Numbered from the whole stretch's first letter, positions 11,720 to 21,737 are shown. The stretch: 63,848 nucleotides of DNA, filler included, from Alphaproteobacteria bacterium (GCA_024280495.1; 5 parts of 5 records of this genome joined end to end with filler, not necessarily neighbours in it), one strand, 5' to 3'. The notes: a model not told the origin generated them from the letters alone. Program-made: numbers and translations.

Positions 11720-12088
11720 GTGGCTCGTATAGCAGGTGTTAACATTCCAAGCCAAAAACGCGTAGAAATTGGCTTGAGCTATATTTTTGGGATTGGACCA
11801 CATAAGGCCAAGCTCATTTGTGCTCACGTTGGGATCGAAGATAAACGTCGCGTTAATCAATTGAGTGACGACGAAATTCTAAAGATTCGTGAGTACATCG
11901 AAGCAAATTATCGTGTTGAAGGTGATCTGCGCCGTGAAGTATCCATGAACATCAAACGTCTAACTGACCTTGGTTGTTACAAGGGGCTTCGTCACCGTAA
12001 GAAACTTCCAGTTCGTGGACAGCGTACTCATACCAACGCGCGTACACGTCGCGGTAAGGCTGTTGCCATTGCTGGTAAGAAAAAATAA
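11720..12088 (+). CDS. rpsM: 30S ribosomal protein S13
   Basis: [27 protein letters not shown] start, AAGGAG RBS. Confidence 0.99.
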   Translation: MARIAGVNIPSQKRVEIGLSYIFGIGPHKAKLICAHVGIEDKRRVNQLSDDEILKIREYIEANYRVEGDLRREVSMNIKRLTDLGCYKGLRHRKKLPVRGQRTHTNARTRRGKAVAIAGKKK

Positions 12089-12122
12089 TTTTAACTGAAT
12101 TACGTAGAATAGGTTTTTAAGA

Positions 12123-12515
12123 ATGGCAAAAACAGCTCCAACAAAAGTACGTCGCAGAGAACGGAAAAATATTGCAAATGGTGTGGCTCACATCAGTGCA
12201 ACATTTAACAATACTATGATTACCATCACTGATACCCAAGGAAATACAATTTCTTGGTCAACTGCTGGTGCCATGGGTTTTCGTGGTTCTCGTAAATCAA
12301 CACCTTACGCAGCTCAAATGGCTGCTGAGGATGCGGGTCGCAAGGCCATGGAACATGGTTTGAAATCTCTTGATGTCGAAGTGACAGGTCCAGGTACGGG
12401 TCGTGAATCTGCTCTACGTGGTTTACACGCCCTTGGTTTGAATGTGATTTCCATTCGTGATTGTACGCCCGTGCCGCACAATGGTTGTCGCCCACCAAAT
12501 CGTCGTCGCGTTTAA
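12123..12515 (+). CDS. rpsK: 30S ribosomal protein S11
   Basis: [25 protein letters not shown]. Confidence 0.99.
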   Translation: MAKTAPTKVRRRERKNIANGVAHISATFNNTMITITDTQGNTISWSTAGAMGFRGSRKSTPYAAQMAAEDAGRKAMEHGLKSLDVEVTGPGTGRESALRGLHALGLNVISIRDCTPVPHNGCRPPNRRRV

Positions 12516-12620
12516 GGAATATCTTTGGGGTCGTTTATGTTTTTTGACATTTTCGGTCTTTATAAATTTTAGATCATGTTACAAATATCGTAACAGTACG
12601 TATATTTTAGGAGCAATTCA

Positions 12621-13637
12621 GTGATTAGAAAAAATTGGCAAGCACTTATTAAGCCTTATAAGCTTAACGTCAAGTCAAAGGACGAAAATAGAAGAGGCAC
12701 AATTATTGCTGAACCTCTTGAGCGTGGATTTGGTATGACTCTTGGGACTGCTTTGCGTCGTGTTATGCTGTCATCCCTTCAAGGTGCGGCTGTGACTGGG
12801 GTTAAAATTGATGGCGTTCAACATGAGTTTTCATCTATTCCAGGTGTTTTGGAAGATGTTGCCGAAATCATTTTGAACTTGAAAAGCTTAGCTATTCGCA
12901 AGAACTCAGATACCCCTCGCAAGGTGAAGCTTTCCGTTTCAAAACCTGGTGTTGTGACTGCTTCTATGTTCGAAGAGACAGGTGATGTTGAATTTTTGGA
13001 TTCTGATTTTGCGATTTGTCACTTGGATACAGATGCCAAGTTGGAAATGGAAATTACCGTTGAAAATGGTAAGGGATATGTACCAGCAGCTCTTTTGAAA
13101 AAAGAAGATTCTCCTATCGGTTATATGGCCGTTGATGCTTTGTTCAGCCCCGTGAAACGAGTTTCCGTTAAAGTTGAAAATGCCCGCGTTGGCCAAAAAA
13201 CAGACTTTGATAAATTATTGCTAGATGTTGAAACAAATGGTGCCGTCAAACCTGATGATGCTGTTGCTTTGGCTGCGCGTATTTTGCAAGATCAATTGGT
13301 TCAGTTCGTGACATTTGATGAACCAAAAGAAGAGATGGTTGAAGAAGAAGAAACTGAATTGCCATTCAATCGTAATTTATTGCGTAAGGTTGAAGAGCTT
13401 GAGCTTTCTGTTCGTTCTGCAAACTGTCTTCAAAATGAGAATATCGCTTATATCGGTGATTTGGTTCAAAAAACAGAATCTGAACTTTTACGTACACCAA
13501 ATTTTGGTAGAAAATCTTTGAATGAAATTCGTGAAGTTCTTATCGAAATGGGTCTAGAGCTTGGCCTGTTGGTTCCAGAATGGCCACCAGAAAATATTGA
13601 AGAGCTTGCTCGTAAGATTGAAGATAATAATTACTAA
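12621..13637 (+). CDS. rpoA: RNA polymerase alpha subunit
   Basis: [41 protein letters not shown]. Confidence 0.99.
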   Translation: MIRKNWQALIKPYKLNVKSKDENRRGTIIAEPLERGFGMTLGTALRRVMLSSLQGAAVTGVKIDGVQHEFSSIPGVLEDVAEIILNLKSLAIRKNSDTPRKVKLSVSKPGVVTASMFEETGDVEFLDSDFAICHLDTDAKLEMEITVENGKGYVPAALLKKEDSPIGYMAVDALFSPVKRVSVKVENARVGQKTDFDKLLLDVETNGAVKPDDAVALAARILQDQLVQFVTFDEPKEEMVEEEETELPFNRNLLRKVEELELSVRSANCLQNENIAYIGDLVQKTESELLRTPNFGRKSLNEIREVLIEMGLELGLLVPEWPPENIEELARKIEDNNY

Positions 13638-13705
13638 GATTGTAGTTATAAAAATTTAAAGGGCCGCATAATGTGGCCGCATTATTAAGACATTAGGAGA
13701 CAATT

Positions 13706-14143
13706 ATGCGCCACGGAATTAGCGGTCGTAAGTTTAATCGCCCAACGGCACACAGAAAATCAATGTTTGCAAACCTTGCTAAATCATTGGTTCAATATGA
13801 GCAAATTAAAACAACGTTGCCAAAAGCAAAGGATTTGCGTCCTATTGTTGAAAAGCTTGTGACATTGGGTAAGAAAAATACATTGCATGCACGTCGTCAA
13901 TTGATTGCTAAAATTGGTGATCGTGAATTGACAACAAAAATTTTAGAAGTATTAGCCACACGTTATGCTGATCGTTCTGGCGGTTATATTCGTATTATGA
14001 AAGCTGGTTATCGTTATGGTGATAATGCGCCAATGGCGATCATTGAATTTGTTGATCGTGATGTTTCTGCAAAGCCTAAAGGTGAAAAACTAGTTTCAGA
14101 AGACGACGTCGCTATGCCAGAAATAGCTCCAGCAACAGTTTAA
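13706..14143 (+). CDS. rplQ: 50S ribosomal protein L17
   Basis: [29 protein letters not shown]. Confidence 0.99.
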   Translation: MRHGISGRKFNRPTAHRKSMFANLAKSLVQYEQIKTTLPKAKDLRPIVEKLVTLGKKNTLHARRQLIAKIGDRELTTKILEVLATRYADRSGGYIRIMKAGYRYGDNAPMAIIEFVDRDVSAKPKGEKLVSEDDVAMPEIAPATV

Positions 14144-14168
14144 AGATTTAAACTCATTGTTGAGTTAG

Positions 14169-14198
14169 AAAAGAGAGCTTTAGAAGGCTCTCTTTTTT
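14169..14198 (+). terminator. Rho-independent terminator after rplQ
   Basis: GAGAGCTT-TAGA-AGGCTCTC stem followed by T6 and preceded by an A run. Confidence 0.85.
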
Positions 14199-14301
14199 AT
14201 TGCCCAGAGAAAGGGAAAGTTTTAAAAAAATGGTAGGGGAGTCCTTTAATCGGTGCTATATTTTTTATATCAAATATAGGGTTGATAAACAGGATCAATT
14301 C

Positions 14302-15963
14302 ATGGTCATCAAAGGCTTTTTCTTATTTTTATGCGGACCATTTTTTCTCTTTCTAACTGCTTGTCATAATCAAAAAGAATACAATTACCACGATCCGAAT
14401 CTGGAATATCAAAAAAAAGATTATGATAATTTAACAGAAACTCCTAAAAAGATAATTCAGCCTAAAAAGCGCAAGATCAAAAAAAATCGTCATCAAAAAC
14501 AGCTGATAATTCCAACAGCCTTTCGACAAGAGATCACTTTGTCTGTTTCCGAAGGGGTGTCGATCAAAGAGCTTCTTTTAACTCTTGCTCAACAAATTGG
14601 TGTGGATATTATTATTGATCCTTCTATTAAGGAAGGGACCAGCTTGAATGCTAATAAACGCCCGTTTTATCAGCTTGTTGATGAACTCTGCCGTGCCCAT
14701 GGTCTTCGCTACACTATTACCAATAATTTGATGAGGGTTGAGCGTGATACGCCTTATGTTCAAAATTATAATTTGCAATTTTTGATGATGGCGCGTTCCA
14801 ATCGTAATCGTTTATCCATTGCAACTGATGTATTTACAACCATTGACAGTACGACACGTCAAGATGAGGATAATGGCTCTAATACTTACCTTACTTCAGA
14901 AACAAAATCTGATTTTTGGGGAGAATTAAGTCAAAGCCTCGAGACAATCTTAACTAATTTTGGAACATTAAATGCTGTTGATAATGGTGCCGTGAAATTC
15001 AATATCCATAAACAAGCTGGTATTATTTCCGTCAATACGACTAAACGTCAACAGGATCAAATTGCTAAATACTTAGATCTTCTTCAAGAAAGTGTGGAAC
15101 GCCAGGTTTTAATCGAGGCAAAAATTGTTGAGGTGAATCTTAAAAATCAATTCAAAAGCGGTATTAACTGGAATGCCCTTAAGGGAGACTTTGTGCTTCA
15201 GGCTCCCCTGGGTGATGTGGCAACGGCAGGTCATTTAAATCGTTCTCTCTCGCCAGCGCGTAATGTTTTTACCCTAGGGGGAAGCTCTGAAAAAATTACG
15301 GGGCTATTGAGTATGTTAAACCAATTTGGGACGGTGCGTACCCTTTCTAACCCACGCTTAACGGTGATGAATAACAGTCCTGCTGTTTTGAAAGTCGCGC
15401 GGAATCAAGTGTATTTTAAGCTTAATCAAACACGTGATTATTATCACGATCAGGGGAGAAATGAGCGCACAACTTACACAAGTGATGTGAAAACTGTTCC
15501 CATTGGATTGATGTTGTATGTGCACCCGACCATCAGTAAAAATGGTAAAATTATCATGACTTTGCGCCCCACTATTTCTCAAATAGTTCGCAATGTGAAA
15601 GATCCTGCGGTGAGCCTGAACCCCAACCAAAGTTTTGATTCATTTGTCCCCGAAGTCCAAGTACGTGAGTTAGATACTATTCTGGCCATGAATTCTGGTG
15701 AAATTGTGGTGGTGGGTGGCCTTATGGAGGAGCGATCTGCCAATGAGCAAGATGGTATCCCAACGGCTCAGGATATTCCAGGCATAGGAGGGCTCTTCAA
15801 AGGAAAGTCCCATGATCGCACGGTGACGGAGCTCGTGATATTTTTGCGTGCCACCATTATTGAAAGTGAATATGAGTCAGATATTCAAGAAACGGCTATT
15901 CATCAAGCTGATAAAACCATCTATACCAAACATGTAACTGACCCACGATCTTTCCAGTTTTAG
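14302..15963 (+). CDS. Secretin (type II secretion / type IV pilus, MshL-like), probable lipoprotein
   Basis: RQVLIEAKIVEV, GINWN, LSNPRLTVMNN, VVGGLM, IPGIGGLFKG, ELVIFLRATII; LTAC lipobox (Cys21) if the start is 14302. Confidence 0.9.
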   Translation: MVIKGFFLFLCGPFFLFLTACHNQKEYNYHDPNLEYQKKDYDNLTETPKKIIQPKKRKIKKNRHQKQLIIPTAFRQEITLSVSEGVSIKELLLTLAQQIGVDIIIDPSIKEGTSLNANKRPFYQLVDELCRAHGLRYTITNNLMRVERDTPYVQNYNLQFLMMARSNRNRLSIATDVFTTIDSTTRQDEDNGSNTYLTSETKSDFWGELSQSLETILTNFGTLNAVDNGAVKFNIHKQAGIISVNTTKRQQDQIAKYLDLLQESVERQVLIEAKIVEVNLKNQFKSGINWNALKGDFVLQAPLGDVATAGHLNRSLSPARNVFTLGGSSEKITGLLSMLNQFGTVRTLSNPRLTVMNNSPAVLKVARNQVYFKLNQTRDYYHDQGRNERTTYTSDVKTVPIGLMLYVHPTISKNGKIIMTLRPTISQIVRNVKDPAVSLNPNQSFDSFVPEVQVRELDTILAMNSGEIVVVGGLMEERSANEQDGIPTAQDIPGIGGLFKGKSHDRTVTELVIFLRATIIESEYESDIQETAIHQADKTIYTKHVTDPRSFQF

Positions 15964-16024
15964 TTTTTACTTGATTTCTTCATAGTATTCACCTATATAT
16001 ATTATTATTATATGGAATATTATT

Positions 16025-17341
16025 ATGTGTTTGAAAATTTCCACTTTGTTTCTTTTTTTGTTCTTAACTACTGTTAATTTTGTGAGGGGGTCAATTCTTT
16101 CTGAGGATGATAAAGTAGACTTTTCTTATTTGATAGGGTTATCCCCAGAAGAGCAAATGCAAACCCTGGCTTTGCCTTATAAAAGCACTATGAAGCTTAG
16201 TGCAACAGTTTTGGGTCAAGATGTTTTTTCTGGGTCTACTGTTTATCTTGGCCTCAATGATTCTGGTGATTATGTTGCCTTGACCAATGCGCACTGTGTT
16301 ATGCCTTGGTACCGTGGGCGCCAGTGGATTGCCTCTTTGTTCCTTAATATCGATGAAGATGAAGACGTTCAGCGTTTTGCTGTTGTCGATATTGAATTTC
16401 ATCCTCAATGGTTTTCTAGCGGAAAGCAACCCAGATTTGATATAGCAAAACTAAAGTTGTCTCTGGTTGACCATCCAGATGATTCTCATGCAGTTGAAGT
16501 GAATTACAAAATACCTAAGGAGTTTCCAGACATAAGTCTTATTAAACAACCTGAAGAGCCAGAAATTTTAAATCAAGACGCGCCAGAATGTCCAGAATAT
16601 AGTTCTGAGAATATTGATGAATATCGTGAGAAAGTTGATATTTATTGCTCTATTGTTGAAGAACGAAATGATTCTTTAAAATTTTACTCAACGGCCATGG
16701 ACGAATACCTTGATACCTATAATGCCGCCATCAACGATTACTATAAATACAATGATTACCTTTCAGTGAGTGTTGGATATGGCCTCAATGGTGATGTCGC
16801 CCAACATTTCACCTATAATGATGGTGTGAAACGAGCAGTGGTATCGCCTTTAAATATGCTGACTCGTTATGAGGACGGCAAGGTTTATTTTATAGTTTCT
16901 CATCCAATTGGAATGCATAGTGATAAAACGGATATCGCGATACCGCGTGAAGAACCTATAGTGGGAGAACTTGGTATTCGCTATGGAATGAGCGGCGGCG
17001 GAGTTTACTTGAATAAGAAACTTATTGCCATAAATCGAGGAGCGTCCCTTGAGCCCAGCAATAATTTTTTAGGAAAAACTATGCAGAGTTTATCAAGTAT
17101 ATATCAAAATTATTTAGGAAAATATTTAACGGCCCTTGGAGCCCCCATGCCCTTTATGAATCCAGAAGTCGGCCAAGTAGCCGCTCCGTTGCTTTTATCA
17201 GTGCATCAAGACTGGATTAATGCGCCAGTTGAATCTAATGGGCAGTCTTTGAGTTCTTATCTTTACAGCTTTATGCCTGAGGCTCAGACAAGTTCTAGTC
17301 TGGCTATTTTAGGGGTTGCTGCTTTTTGGTATTTGGGATGA
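16025..17341 (+). CDS. Exported trypsin-like (S1) serine protease with internal insertion
   Basis: Signal peptide; LTNAHCV (His), FDIAKLKL (Asp), VSVGYG, GMSGGGVY (Ser); hydrophobic C-terminus. Confidence 0.8.
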   Translation: MCLKISTLFLFLFLTTVNFVRGSILSEDDKVDFSYLIGLSPEEQMQTLALPYKSTMKLSATVLGQDVFSGSTVYLGLNDSGDYVALTNAHCVMPWYRGRQWIASLFLNIDEDEDVQRFAVVDIEFHPQWFSSGKQPRFDIAKLKLSLVDHPDDSHAVEVNYKIPKEFPDISLIKQPEEPEILNQDAPECPEYSSENIDEYREKVDIYCSIVEERNDSLKFYSTAMDEYLDTYNAAINDYYKYNDYLSVSVGYGLNGDVAQHFTYNDGVKRAVVSPLNMLTRYEDGKVYFIVSHPIGMHSDKTDIAIPREEPIVGELGIRYGMSGGGVYLNKKLIAINRGASLEPSNNFLGKTMQSLSSIYQNYLGKYLTALGAPMPFMNPEVGQVAAPLLLSVHQDWINAPVESNGQSLSSYLYSFMPEAQTSSSLAILGVAAFWYLG

Positions 17342-17392
17342 ACATCATAGTAACTTAATTTTTTACTTTGGACTTTTACCATTTAAATAAAT

Positions 17393-18118
17393 TCATGACC
17401 CCTCTTTTTTTAAATGCGCGAGTAGTTTTTTAGCAGGAGGGGGATCATCTGGAAATTTATCATTGAGATATTTTTCGTAAAAGAGGATGTAGGTTCTTAA
17501 TTTTTTGCCGAATAAATTCTTCAATAAATTGTCTTCAATGAGCCCATCCTCTTTCATTTTATAAATAGTCCCCATTAGTTCCATAAAATTAAGATATTTG
17601 AAGAGTATTTCTAAATTATTATTTTTATGTATTTCAATTATATGATCTCCAACTGTGTCTATGCTCAGTTCTTTTATTTTTGAATTTTGTTTATCATTAA
17701 AATTCTCCCCTCTAAGATACCTATTTTTCCCATGCTTTTTTTTTGCTTTTCTATATTCACCCCATAGCATCTGTCTAACCTCAGTTATTTCTTTCGAGGT
17801 CCAACGCTCATCAATTCGTAAAAGAAATTTAGCTTTTGCGGTTTGTCGAATAGGCCTTATTTGTTTATATGCAATTAAGGCAAGTAGAATTGCTCCCGCG
17901 CCAGAAAGAAAATAGAGAAATGCATTTACTTCAGCTACAGCAGATCCGTTTCCATTAGGTTCGTCTTTTATAAAGTTTGCAGGTCCATCTTTTATTAGGT
18001 CTATCCCCCAAGTATTAAAAAAATATATGCATAAAACTCCTAATAAAATTGTAATCCCGAGGACCCAATAAATTATCCAGCGATGTTCTTTACAGCAATT
18101 CCCCACTTTCTTATACAT
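17393..18118 (-). CDS. Hypothetical membrane protein, DUF4760-like
   Basis: Two N-terminal TM segments, then KFLLRIDERW and YLNFMELMG...GLIED; visibly AT-rich. Confidence 0.6.
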   Translation of the reverse strand: MYKKVGNCCKEHRWIIYWVLGITILLGVLCIYFFNTWGIDLIKDGPANFIKDEPNGNGSAVAEVNAFLYFLSGAGAILLALIAYKQIRPIRQTAKAKFLLRIDERWTSKEITEVRQMLWGEYRKAKKKHGKNRYLRGENFNDKQNSKIKELSIDTVGDHIIEIHKNNNLEILFKYLNFMELMGTIYKMKEDGLIEDNLLKNLFGKKLRTYILFYEKYLNDKFPDDPPPAKKLLAHLKKEGS

Positions 18119-18255
18119 AGCATTCTCCTAAAATAAACTAGTCTAACCAATTGAATTTTAACAAAAAGATATTAATTTAAAGTAAATATGCCTTCTATTT
18201 TTGTGCCTCTTTCTTTTTTAGGGGGGAGGGGCTAAACTAATATCTATGAAATTGG

Positions 18256-19113
18256 ATGAGAGAAAAAATGGGTGAAAATAAAAAAGATAAACTAGGACCC
18301 CTTAATATAGGCGTTTTTGGAGCCAATGGACGCATGGGAAAAGCCTTGATTGATGTGGTTGACAATGATATTGGCTGCTCTTTAAGTGCGGCTCTTGTTC
18401 GGGAAGGAAATCCATTGATTGGTGCGCAAGTTTTCTTAGAAGACCAGGAAAAATCGCCTTTATATAGGGCAGATATGGTCAAGGGGTTTGAAAAAACTGA
18501 CGTGTTTGTTGATTTCACCTTGCCAGAAGCCTTGGAAAAACACCTTGAGTACGCGAAAATTTATGAAACGCCACTGGTGATTGGCACCACGGGGTTGAGT
18601 GCTGTGCAACTTCAAGGGATTAAAGATTTGGCAAATCATATTCCCATTGTTTATGACACAAACATGAGCCTTGGTATTACAATTTTAAATACTTTTGTTG
18701 AAAAAATGGCACGTATTTTAGAAGCTCAAGATTTCGACATTGATATTAGTGAAATGCACCATAGTCTTAAAAAAGATATTCCTTCTGGGACGGCTATGAC
18801 TCTGGCTCTGCATGCCGCTAAAGGGCGCGGTGTGGATCTTGATAATGTTGGAACAAATCGCTTTGATGGCACGGCATTGCAATGTAACCACATTTTCAAA
18901 ACTGGTGAAATTGGCCTCAGTGCTAAACGCGGTGGTGGTGTATTTGGCGATCATGAAGTGATTTTTACGTCAGAGGAAGAAATGATAAAACTCTCTCATC
19001 GTGCATTGAGTCGTTCTGTGTTTGCAAAAGGAGCTCTCAGGGCTGCTAAATGGGTGTTTAATCAACCCCCAGGGCTTTATTCCATGAAAGAAGTTCTCGG
19101 TATTTATAGCTAA
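18256..19113 (+). CDS. dapB: 4-hydroxy-tetrahydrodipicolinate reductase
   Basis: GANGRMG, VDFT, VIGTTG, EMHHSLKKDIPSGTA, FAKGALRAA. Confidence 0.97.
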   Translation: MREKMGENKKDKLGPLNIGVFGANGRMGKALIDVVDNDIGCSLSAALVREGNPLIGAQVFLEDQEKSPLYRADMVKGFEKTDVFVDFTLPEALEKHLEYAKIYETPLVIGTTGLSAVQLQGIKDLANHIPIVYDTNMSLGITILNTFVEKMARILEAQDFDIDISEMHHSLKKDIPSGTAMTLALHAAKGRGVDLDNVGTNRFDGTALQCNHIFKTGEIGLSAKRGGGVFGDHEVIFTSEEEMIKLSHRALSRSVFAKGALRAAKWVFNQPPGLYSMKEVLGIYS

Positions 19114-19209
19114 TCATTTTTTTGTTTACACTTTGTTGCTGCGCTCCTTGGCTATAAGTTATAGCCGTCGTCCCTTGCGCCTCTTATAAACAAAAAACGA
19201 ATCAACTAT
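19106..19209. repeat. 104-bp palindromic element resembling Rickettsia palindromic elements (RPE)
   Basis: Imperfect ~23-bp terminal inverted repeats (ATAGCTAATCATTTTTTTGTTTA / TAAACAAAAAACGAATCAACTAT), GC-rich core, central GGCTATAA-G-TTATAGCC palindrome. Confidence 0.7.
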
Positions 19210-19214
19210 GGAGG

Positions 19215-21044
19215 TTACGCGAACTGATTTTTGAATTTCTTAAAAGCACCTTTGAGTGTTTTAGCTATTTTTCTAGGGGCTTTTTTTATACCAGCAACGG
19301 CCCCTGAAAGACTTGGAATTGTTTTATTGATATCAGCTAAAGTTTCAATAGCCGTGCGTACAACACCGTCTAAGCCTTTTCGTTCATTGTTGCGGAATAC
19401 ATAGCCTTGATGGAGAAGATCTGCAATGGTCAAAGAGTTCTCACCATATCCACCAACGATTTCTGGGTTAAAAAATGACTTTCCTGGCTCAATTTTTTGT
19501 TCTGGGTTGCCATAATGTAAGGGAGCTAAGAAAAGAAATGCCGTTCTTTTGACATCTAAAAGCATATTTTTGAAAAAATCTTTGGCATTTTTAAGGGATG
19601 GAGAATAAATGGGGTACTTAATAGACATTTCTATATAGTCTAAGCTAAATCTCAGATTCCGCTGTGCTCTTTCTAGTATAAAATCTCCTGCTGTTCTAGC
19701 GAGACTTCGTTTAATAGCATCTTTAGATAAATCTCCTGCCAGATACCCAAGGGAGACATTTCCAGTTCTACTGCCATATTTTTCGGCCCACTTTTCTCCT
19801 TTGAAGGGGATAAGTGAAATAAGCGCAGTAAGGGTTTTTCCTGGTGTCGCCAGGGGAACAGGGTCAGCTAAAATATTACCGATAACTTGTTGGCGAATAA
19901 TATTATCTTTTCCTATGGTTCTGTGTATGCGCTCCCGTGCTTCTTCCCCAGCAAAAACCCGAGGTGAAGAGAGGAGGTAACCGCGCACGACATTGTCCTC
20001 AGAATTATTGAACTCTTTACCAAGGATTTTAGTTTTTTCAAGCATTTCAGTAATCATAGGAAGGGCAATAGAGGCAAGACCTCCTCCTTGGCTATGACCA
20101 CTAACGGTGATTTTGAGATTGGATTTTTCATCTGCTTCCATATGCTCAATAAGGGCTTTCATAATGATTTTAATATTAGGCATAATGGTGAGCATGCGAT
20201 TGTAATAGCCCCGATGCACTGTGCCACCAAAAGGAGAAGGAATATGACCTGCATCATAGTTGACGGCCCAATCAGGAGACCCTATGTCGTCTTCTCTTGT
20301 TTGGGAACCTCGTAAAATAACAGTCATGTTGTTTGTTTGTTTATTGTAGGCAACAAAACCAGGGGTATCATGGACTGTGTTTCCTTTACCAGTCATACCT
20401 TCAAATTCCCAAATGCCCCACCCATTTTCCGCAAATTGCCCCTTGAGTTTTTTGATGAGCTTATCATAGGAGCCATTAATGGTTCCTCGTTTACCAATGG
20501 CATAGGCTAATTGATTCATGAGAATCACATCATCGGTTATTTTCTCAAAATCTTCATCGACATCAAAAATACCTGGAGCTATTTCAGTGACCACTGATGA
20601 TTTTTTTGAAAGTGAAACAGGTGGCGCTTTATCAATTTCATCATCATTTTGAATGGTGGCATTAATGGTGGATATTATACTTGGGGAAAGGTTTAATTCT
20701 TCTAATTCCTTTGCTGGCATTTCAAGAAAAGGAAGACCTGATTTTCCAGATTTAGCTAATCCTTCTTCATCGTAAGGCGCTATGAGGGCATTGATCACAC
20801 GGCTTTTGAAAAGGTCTTCTTGATAAGTTTCGGCGAGAAATACCTCGGTTTCTTTGGCTCTTGATGAGTCTTCTTGAATCTTATCAAATTCTTTTTGCGA
20901 CATCACGGGGGTTATGTTCATACTGTGTATGACCATTTTTAATCGCGACCTTCCCTGGGCTTCCGTTGTGGAAAATGCTGTAAAAGCCACTCCCGTAAAA
21001 GCAATAAAAAGAATGATGGATATTTTTTCTAATTTTTTTTTCAC
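19215..21044 (-). CDS. Secreted class-3 lipase / phospholipase A1-like alpha/beta hydrolase
   Basis: Signal peptide; VILRGSQT, VHRGYY, ITVSGHSQGGGLA (GxSxG), SPRV, DPVP; GTG start with GAGGT RBS. Confidence 0.85.
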   Translation of the reverse strand: MKKKLEKISIILFIAFTGVAFTAFSTTEAQGRSRLKMVIHSMNITPVMSQKEFDKIQEDSSRAKETEVFLAETYQEDLFKSRVINALIAPYDEEGLAKSGKSGLPFLEMPAKELEELNLSPSIISTINATIQNDDEIDKAPPVSLSKKSSVVTEIAPGIFDVDEDFEKITDDVILMNQLAYAIGKRGTINGSYDKLIKKLKGQFAENGWGIWEFEGMTGKGNTVHDTPGFVAYNKQTNNMTVILRGSQTREDDIGSPDWAVNYDAGHIPSPFGGTVHRGYYNRMLTIMPNIKIIMKALIEHMEADEKSNLKITVSGHSQGGGLASIALPMITEMLEKTKILGKEFNNSEDNVVRGYLLSSPRVFAGEEARERIHRTIGKDNIIRQQVIGNILADPVPLATPGKTLTALISLIPFKGEKWAEKYGSRTGNVSLGYLAGDLSKDAIKRSLARTAGDFILERAQRNLRFSLDYIEMSIKYPIYSPSLKNAKDFFKNMLLDVKRTAFLFLAPLHYGNPEQKIEPGKSFFNPEIVGGYGENSLTIADLLHQGYVFRNNERKGLDGVVRTAIETLADINKTIPSLSGAVAGIKKAPRKIAKTLKGAFKKFKNQFA

Positions 21045-21309
21045 GAATCACCTCATTTATGCTTTAATCATAAGACTTAAAAGTTAACAAAAGATTTACG
21101 CCTCCTAAGATGTTGAGATAACGTGTTTTTTGTTTTTTTAACTTGTAATATAAAAATTTAATTAGTTTGTTAACGTTTTATTATCTTGTTTTGTGCAAAA
21201 TGACATTGTCAGATTAAAATAATTTGATAAAAAGTAGATGGACTTAAACAATGGACCTTGAGGTTAATTTTTATAACAAATTGATTTTTAGAGGTAAAGG
21301 TGACCCCGC

Positions 21310-21737
21310 ATGAGTAAAAAAGAAAAAGAAAAAGAAGTTCTCCACTGCTCGTTTTGTGGCAAAAGCCAACATGAGGTTAAAAAACTCATTGCAGGTCCAA
21401 ACGTCTTTATTTGTGATGAATGTGTTGATCTTTGTATAGATATTATTCGCGAAGAAAATAAAGCTGGTCCTTTAGGAATTGACCCCGATCACATGCCGAC
21501 TCCAAAGGAAATCACAGAGCACCTTGATAATTATGTCATTGGACAATCCGATGCAAAAAAGGTTCTTTCCGTTGCGGTGTATAACCACTATAAACGTGTA
21601 GAGCATATGAAGGGAACGGCAGACGTTGAATTGCAAAAATCTAATATATTGCTTTTGGGTCCGACGGGTTGCGGAAAAACACTTTTGGCTCAAACTCTCG
21701 CTCGTATTTTGAACGTGCCCTTTACCATTGCCGATGC
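21310..21737 (+). CDS. clpX: Clp protease ATPase ClpX, truncated by gap
   Basis: [43 protein letters not shown]. Confidence 0.98.

Noticed and set aside
10882..12621. Absence of map, infA, rpmJ and rpsD from the cluster
   Set aside because: secY-adk-rpsM-rpsK-rpoA-rplQ is the usual alphaproteobacterial order.
15990..16024. dif-like AT-rich sequence before the protease
   Set aside because: Arms and spacing do not fit a XerC/D site; more likely promoter/RBS sequence.
18205..18232. Pyrimidine/purine hairpin upstream of dapB as a lysine riboswitch
   Set aside because: Far too short, mostly G-U pairs, and lacks riboswitch motifs.
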